DNA of 64,000 nucleotides from Bilabrum cf. latius (taxonomy: Eukaryota): assembly GCA_965178125.1 (NCBI GenBank), contig OZ237774.1:496001-560000 (forward strand), read 5' to 3'. Shown in pieces: positions 58,435 to 64,000 of the stretch. The notes beneath the pieces are model-generated. The model had not been told where the DNA came from. It worked only from the letters and a program-made list of their open reading frames with translations, and did no database searches. Positions within the stretch are counted from its first letter, which is position 1. Each line of letters begins with the position of its first letter. The translations under genes were made by a program, and so were the position numbers.

Positions 58435-61400
58435 ATGAGCAGACAGGCTGCCAACGAGGAGCAGCCAGGGAGTGCTGCCAGTCAACTTCTCTGCGTTCAC
58501 CCCACCACAACGAGTGCAAGCTACGAAACGTGGAGCTGCATCGCCTCACGGTCAGAGCTGTCTGTTTTTAGATCTCATATCCCTGGCCTATTGGACTTGG
58601 TTCATGTGCGTGGCAGACATACATGTGAGTCTTGGGAGGTCACGCGGTTGGATCCTAAACTCGCTTTGCATGCTCCAAATTATCGTCAATCGTGCCATGG
58701 TCTATCCGTATATTGCAGCTCACTGCATTCAGTCGTCTGTTGCGCTTTGCAAGACTGAGCGCGACGTAATGGTGGTTTGGACGACCGCCGACGGGGCCGC
58801 TTGCCGGTCGCGCTTGCAGACTGAACCACCGCCGAACATCGCCAGCCGCAGCAGCAAACTGTCGCCTGTTCGTGCGGGCATCGTGCGACCGAGGCCATCT
58901 CCAGGTGGAGGCGACCACGACAACCGGGAGGCAGCCGAGCTCTCCACCAGCCTAAGCATCGCCTCGACCGGCTCCGAGTCCTTCCCGCTCCGCAGGCCGG
59001 GCCAGTCGCAGGATGCAGGGGAGACGAGCACACCGGTGGCGGCGGCTTGCTGGCTGGGCCCTGACGAGTGCGTGGTGGGCTGGCAGGCGGGGGGCGGGGC
59101 CAAGTGCTGGCTGCCCACTGCAGGCAGAGGCACGCGCGGGGCCGGCGGGGGTGTGACGAGTGCGCAGGTGAGCCCGCTGCCGATGCCCCCGGGACACGAC
59201 ACCTCCCCTCTCCAGCTGGTCTCGCTGGCTCTCGTGCGCCCTGCCCCAACGGGAGCCCCCCCACTGGGGCCCGCCGTGCTGCTGGGGGCAGCGGCTGACG
59301 GCAGCATCGTGGCCTGGGAGGCGAGGGGGCCCACGAGGTGCCTGGCCGCGGGGAGGGTCTAGGGAGCAGATGGGAGAGGGGCCGGGTAGGAGGCCCAGAT
59401 CCGCATGTCCGGGGCCCAGATCGCGGGCGTGTGGGCCGGGAGGGGCCGGCTGGAGGCCAGGGTGCGGTGGGTGCTGGCGGGCGGGGCCGGTGGCGGGTCC
59501 GGGTCTAGGGATGACGAGTGCGTGGTGGTGCTGCAGCAGCTCGGGGGACAACCGTCGTGGCAGATGAGTGTGACGAGTGAGGCGAGGACGAGCTGCCTGC
59601 AGCCTCCACAGCTGCCGGCCGGTCTGAGGGGCGTGTGCGGCGCGCCCAACCCCATGCGGCTGGTGGCTGCTGCCGCGGGGACTGGCGGCTCGGCGCACTC
59701 GTCACACGGTGCTCCGGTGTCTCTATGGGCGGTGTCTCTTTAGGGGTAGGCGGGTTGGAGCGGTGATGTTCCGCAGGGCGCCGCGCTTCCCCCATGGGGT
59801 TTGTGGGGGGCGCACAAGGTGTCCCTGGGTGGTGCCGGCCGGCAGCATGTGCTGGCCGGTGTGGAGGTGCCTGTCCTGAGCGGGGCGGGGATGGGGATGG
59901 GGGTGGGGATGGAACGAGGTGCAGGGGCAGGTTCGGCCATCCCTGGTGCGATGCTCGTGGGATTGAACCCGGGTGCAGGTGTCGCGGTGGGTGGGCTCGT
60001 GTCCGGTGGGTTGCTGGGGGGGGCGGAGGGGGATGGGGAGGGCCCGGGCAGGTGGAGGCATGGGGCCGATGGGGCCGCGCTTGGCATGCTGCTGCCGAGC
60101 CGGGTTGGGAATGGGCCAGGGGTGGGGCTGCAGGGGGAGGCCCCCATTGTGGGGGCGCTGGCTCTCCTCTGGGGTGAGCTGCGGGCGCTGGGGGCGCGGG
60201 TGGACTGTAGAGCTGCGGGGGCGCTGTGCCTGGGGCTGGCAGGGGGGTCTGGGCCTGCAAGGTAGAGAGGGGTAGATGCGGGTGAGGCTGGGGGGATGGA
60301 GTCGGTGCCAGCGGCCAAGAAGGCGAGGGGGGCGGGGCACAGGGGTGCATCCCGGGGGGGGGATTCCCCTGCGGGACCCCTGTATGCGTGGGTGGATCGC
60401 ATCGAGAGTGAGATGCGCGCGGTGCTGGGGCACATGGGGGAGGGAGGAGGGGAGGGAGGCGTGGGGTGCCTCACAGTAGATCGGAGTGACGCCTGCATCG
60501 CCAGCTTGCTGCCGAGGGAAAACCCGCGATCTACCCGTGGATTGGCTGCCCGGCGCGCCCTGCTCGGTCTGCTGGCCTCTGCGGTGCATGGGTCGCTGCG
60601 AAAGGTGCTAGGCCGGGGCCTGGCTGCAGTGCTTAGGGCGGCGGTGGGGGGAGACCTGAGGGGCGCGCTGGCGGAGGGTGCGAGTGCGGGTGTAGGTGCG
60701 GGATCTGCGTCCGGGAGGGATCGAGCCAGGGGGCACCCCTCCGGTGCTGGGTCTGGCCTGTCGCTTGAGAGTGCGTGGGGGAGGGTGTCGCCGTCGGGGG
60801 CCAGCGTGCTAGGGCAATGGAGGGCGGTGCCTCTGTCCGTGCGGGCGGGAGTCAGGGCTGCTGGGGCCGCTGCATGCACGGAGGGTGCAAGGGCGGTACG
60901 GCGGTGGCGGGGGGGCTCGCCGCACCCCGAGGGGCATGCTATGCTGGTGGGCGGTGCGGCGCTGCAGGGCACGGGGGAGGGCACGGGGGAGGGCATGAAT
61001 TGGGGAGAGGGGCGGTAGGCTGGGGAACACCGGGACCAGGAGGGGTCTGTTCTCTCTGTGTCAGAGTGGGGTTTGCTGGGCTGGGACGGCGTGCTGAGGG
61101 GACAGGAGGCCGGGGATGCCGGAGTGCGGGGGGGCGGCTGGGGTGCCGTGGCATCTGCAGCGAGGAATGGGCGCGGGCAAGCGGGGGTGCCGGACCCTGA
61201 GGGGGCCCGGTGGGGCGCGCTGGCGACTTTGCTGTGCTGGGGGAACTGGGCGGGGGAATCGGCGGGCGGGCTGGCGAGGGGGGCGCGATCAGCAGGGGGG
61301 GGCGTTGGTGGGGGAGCGGGGGGCTTCGATGGAGCTGGTGAGGGTGCCAGTGGTGCCTCGGGGATGGGCGGCGGTGAGTCGGGGGGCCTTGGGCTGGAGC

Positions 61401-64000
61401 TGGGTCTCGGCGAGGGGGGGTTGGGTGAGGAGCGCAAGGAGGGGGAGGGAGCTGGGGAACAAGAGGGTCCTCTGCAGGAGGAGGCGGGCATGCTGGGGGA
61501 GGGGGAGGAGAGCGCGAGGGAGCTGGGGATGGCTGTAGCCATGGCGGTGGCGGGGGCGAGGGAGTGCGGCGTGGGGCCCAAAGAGGCGGGGCGGGAGGAC
61601 TGGCTGGCGGTGTGCGGGGCCAGGCTCTCGGAGGGCAGCTTGCTGGTGAGGCGAGCGGCGTGGGCTGCGATTGCGTGCATGCAGAGCCGGCAGCAGCTGC
61701 TGGGGCAGGGGCCCAAGGGGCTTGCGATCGTGCCCGGGGCCTCGGGAGTATTTGTGGTGGGTACGGCCGATGGTCAGGTGGTGCCTGCATCTGTTGGATA
61801 GGAACACCCCGTAGATGGCAGCGTGCGCGAGACGGTATGCGGGCCACTGGTGCACCTCTGGAACCGCACTACTGCGAGTGTGGTGCGCGCAGCGGCACTA
61901 GGGGCCCGAGCCCTGTCGAGCGCGGGATCGATTCCCGGTGTGGAAGAGGCATGCAGGGCGCTGGAGGCTGCTGGGGCGGCGATGGACCCAAGCGGTGACG
62001 GCCTAAGGGACGCCGGGACAGCCTCCCAGGGAACAAGGGAGCAGGACCCGCACGACACCCCCACGGCGCTTGCCCTGGCTCGGTGCACCACCGGCCCGGT
62101 GCTTCCCCCTGGTGCGGGCACTGGGTCCAGGGAACAACGTGGACGCGATGATTCGCTGCTGGCGCTTGCCCTCGCCCCTGTGCCGGCCGGGGCAGTGCGC
62201 TCCGTGCTGCAGGGCGCCTCTGCCCCCGGGCTGGAGGTGGGGGCGTGGACAAGGGGAGCCGCTGCGGGCGGGTGGTCGGGGGCAGCGGCGCTGCGGCGGG
62301 CCTGGGCCTGCGGGTTGGCACCGTGGGTGGGAGAGGGGCAGGGGCAGGGGCAGAGTCAGGGGGGGCGCCCAGGGAGCTAGGCGGGATTGCTGCCGGAGAA
62401 TGACGAGTGCATGGTCAGTGTGACGAGTGCTGCTCGTGTTCTGCTTGGCCCGGATGCCACCGAGTCACAGATCCTCGACCTGGTGCGAGCATCGGCGGGG
62501 TGGGCGCTGGCCCCTGCGTCTGCGGATGGAGGCGGGCATGGTGCGTCTGCGATGCCGTGGCCCGCATCTACTCCGTGGGCGATCCGCTGCGTGTGTGCCC
62601 TGGGGTCCGGCATGGCACGGGGGGCGCTTGAGGGGGCCGTCAAGGCGGGCAGCGAGCCGGGGGTGGTGGCGCACTGCGGGTTCTTGTGTTCCCTGGGGAG
62701 GGCACTTGAGGAGGGGGGCGGGGGGGGTGGCGATGTGAGCGAGCTTGGGGCGGGGTGGGCCTGTGGAATGGGGGGCGAGCAGGAGAGGTGCACTGCATTG
62801 TGGCGATGCGCGAGCGCGTGCCAGTCGCTGGGCCTCGTGGGTGCTGCGGGGGCGCTATGCGGGGCGCTGGCCGGGAGGATTCGTAGGGGCGGGCAGCGGC
62901 CTCCCTGGGGCGCGAGGGGGGCGGCGCTGGTGGCGGGTGCACTGGCGGCGGGGGGCAGCGTGGGGGCGGCGTGGTCCGTTGTTTAGCTGCATGCTGAGCA
63001 TGGAACGGGTGGGCAGGACCAGAGCCACGGCAAAGAGGAAGAGGGGGAGGGGGATGGGGAGGGGGATGAGGGGGATGATGACTTGCCCGCCCCGCTGGGT
63101 GCCTTGGTGGACGCACTGGTGCAGCGGGGGGCACTCAGGGACCTGGCTGCCCTGCCTCTGGGGACAAGCGCCCTGCAGGCAGTGGCGAGGCGGGTGGGGT
63201 GGAGGGGGGGTGGCGCAAGTCCCGAGGGGGGCGCTCGCGGCATCGAGATTGGGTGCGCGCTGCTGCTTCGGGCCAGAGACAAGAAGGGCGCGGCATCTGC
63301 GGCGTGGGGGCTGGCCGCTTCGGCAGCGGTGCGCGGTGCCACCCAGCTGCGGGGGGTTGCAGGGGGTGCCCGCGGGGGAGCCAGGGAGGCGGGGCTGCAT
63401 CGGTCGGCTGCCAGTCTGCAAGAGGCGGGGCGCATGGCTTCGCTGGCCACGGCCTGCCTGCGAGCGGAGCCCGATGCGCGGCGCCGTTGGGTGCCTCACG
63501 GGGGCCGAGTCCTGGATCGATCGGAGCTGCGGTTTCTGTCGGCAGCCCTCGAGGCGATGGGCAGGTGCGTCCAGGCGGCGAGCGAGCACGTGGATGGTGC
63601 TGGGGGGTAGAGGGGCAATGGAGGTGCTGGAGGGCAGGTTACCGCCGCCGATGCTGCTGCTGCCGCTGGAGAGGCCAGGGCGATTGTGGGTATGTGTCCG
63701 GTGGAGTGGAGCAGTCCGGGTGCAGTGCACGGCGGTTCTATCCCTGTGGATGTGCTCCTGTCCCAGTGCATCCGACTGGGCCAGCTGCCCGCGGGCGAGC
63801 GGGTGGCAGCGGCGGCGGCTGCTTGGCGCGAGGCGGGGGCATGCCAGGAGGGGCGCGCTGTGGCGGGCGAGGGAGGGGCGGGACGGCGGGGGCTCGGCCC
63901 CAGTGGCAGTGCAGCACGGGGTCAGGAGCTCCGTGTGACGAGGGCGGCTGCCATGCTGGCCTGGGACCGAGCCCGGGACGAGGGCGCTGGGCGGCGGGGG
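58435..64000 (+). CDS. Large protein, probably a highly diverged Nup160 nucleoporin; runs off the window
   Basis: Exon 1 58435-58624, intron 58625-58718, then one frame open to the window end except for 9 TAGs. The segment LVDALVQRGALRDLAALPL...CALLLRARDKKGAASAAW...LATACLRAEPDARRRWV...RVLDRSEL resembles the Nup160 helical region from memory. Beta-propeller-like strands occur near the N-terminus. Confidence 0.55.

Overview
This is gene-dense, GC-rich eukaryotic nuclear DNA with GT-AG introns, probably from a flagellated protist; a stramenopile-like origin is my inference and is not established. About 24 protein-coding genes can be supported: SWR1-type ATPase, Pin1, GALE, PIGQ, ASH2L-like, WDR83, polyprenol reductase, a lamin, a methyltransferase, an FG-GAP surface protein, Sec61 alpha, RRP36, PARN, an RCC1-repeat protein, CD2BP2, RBX1, RPS10, a Nup160-like protein and several hypothetical proteins. 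The main result is a non-standard nuclear genetic code. About 90 in-frame TAG codons (manual count) interrupt 18 otherwise intact genes, and they fall at Gln positions wherever this can be tested (Pin1 SQWERP, RBX1 WEFQK, and CAG versus TAG in paralogous FG-GAP repeats). Every gene end I could trace uses TGA (17) or TAA (6). So UAG appears to encode Gln while UAA remains a stop, a rare decoupled code. A second unexplained signal is a set of short DNA motifs (GTGTGACGAGTG, GGTGCATCGCACGGTGGTGCA, GGGAACA) repeated many times inside the G-rich, low-complexity insertions of expanded proteins, on both strands and, for the first and third, in several reading frames. No rRNA, tRNA, CRISPR array or transposon was recognised. 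All counts and alignments were done by eye.
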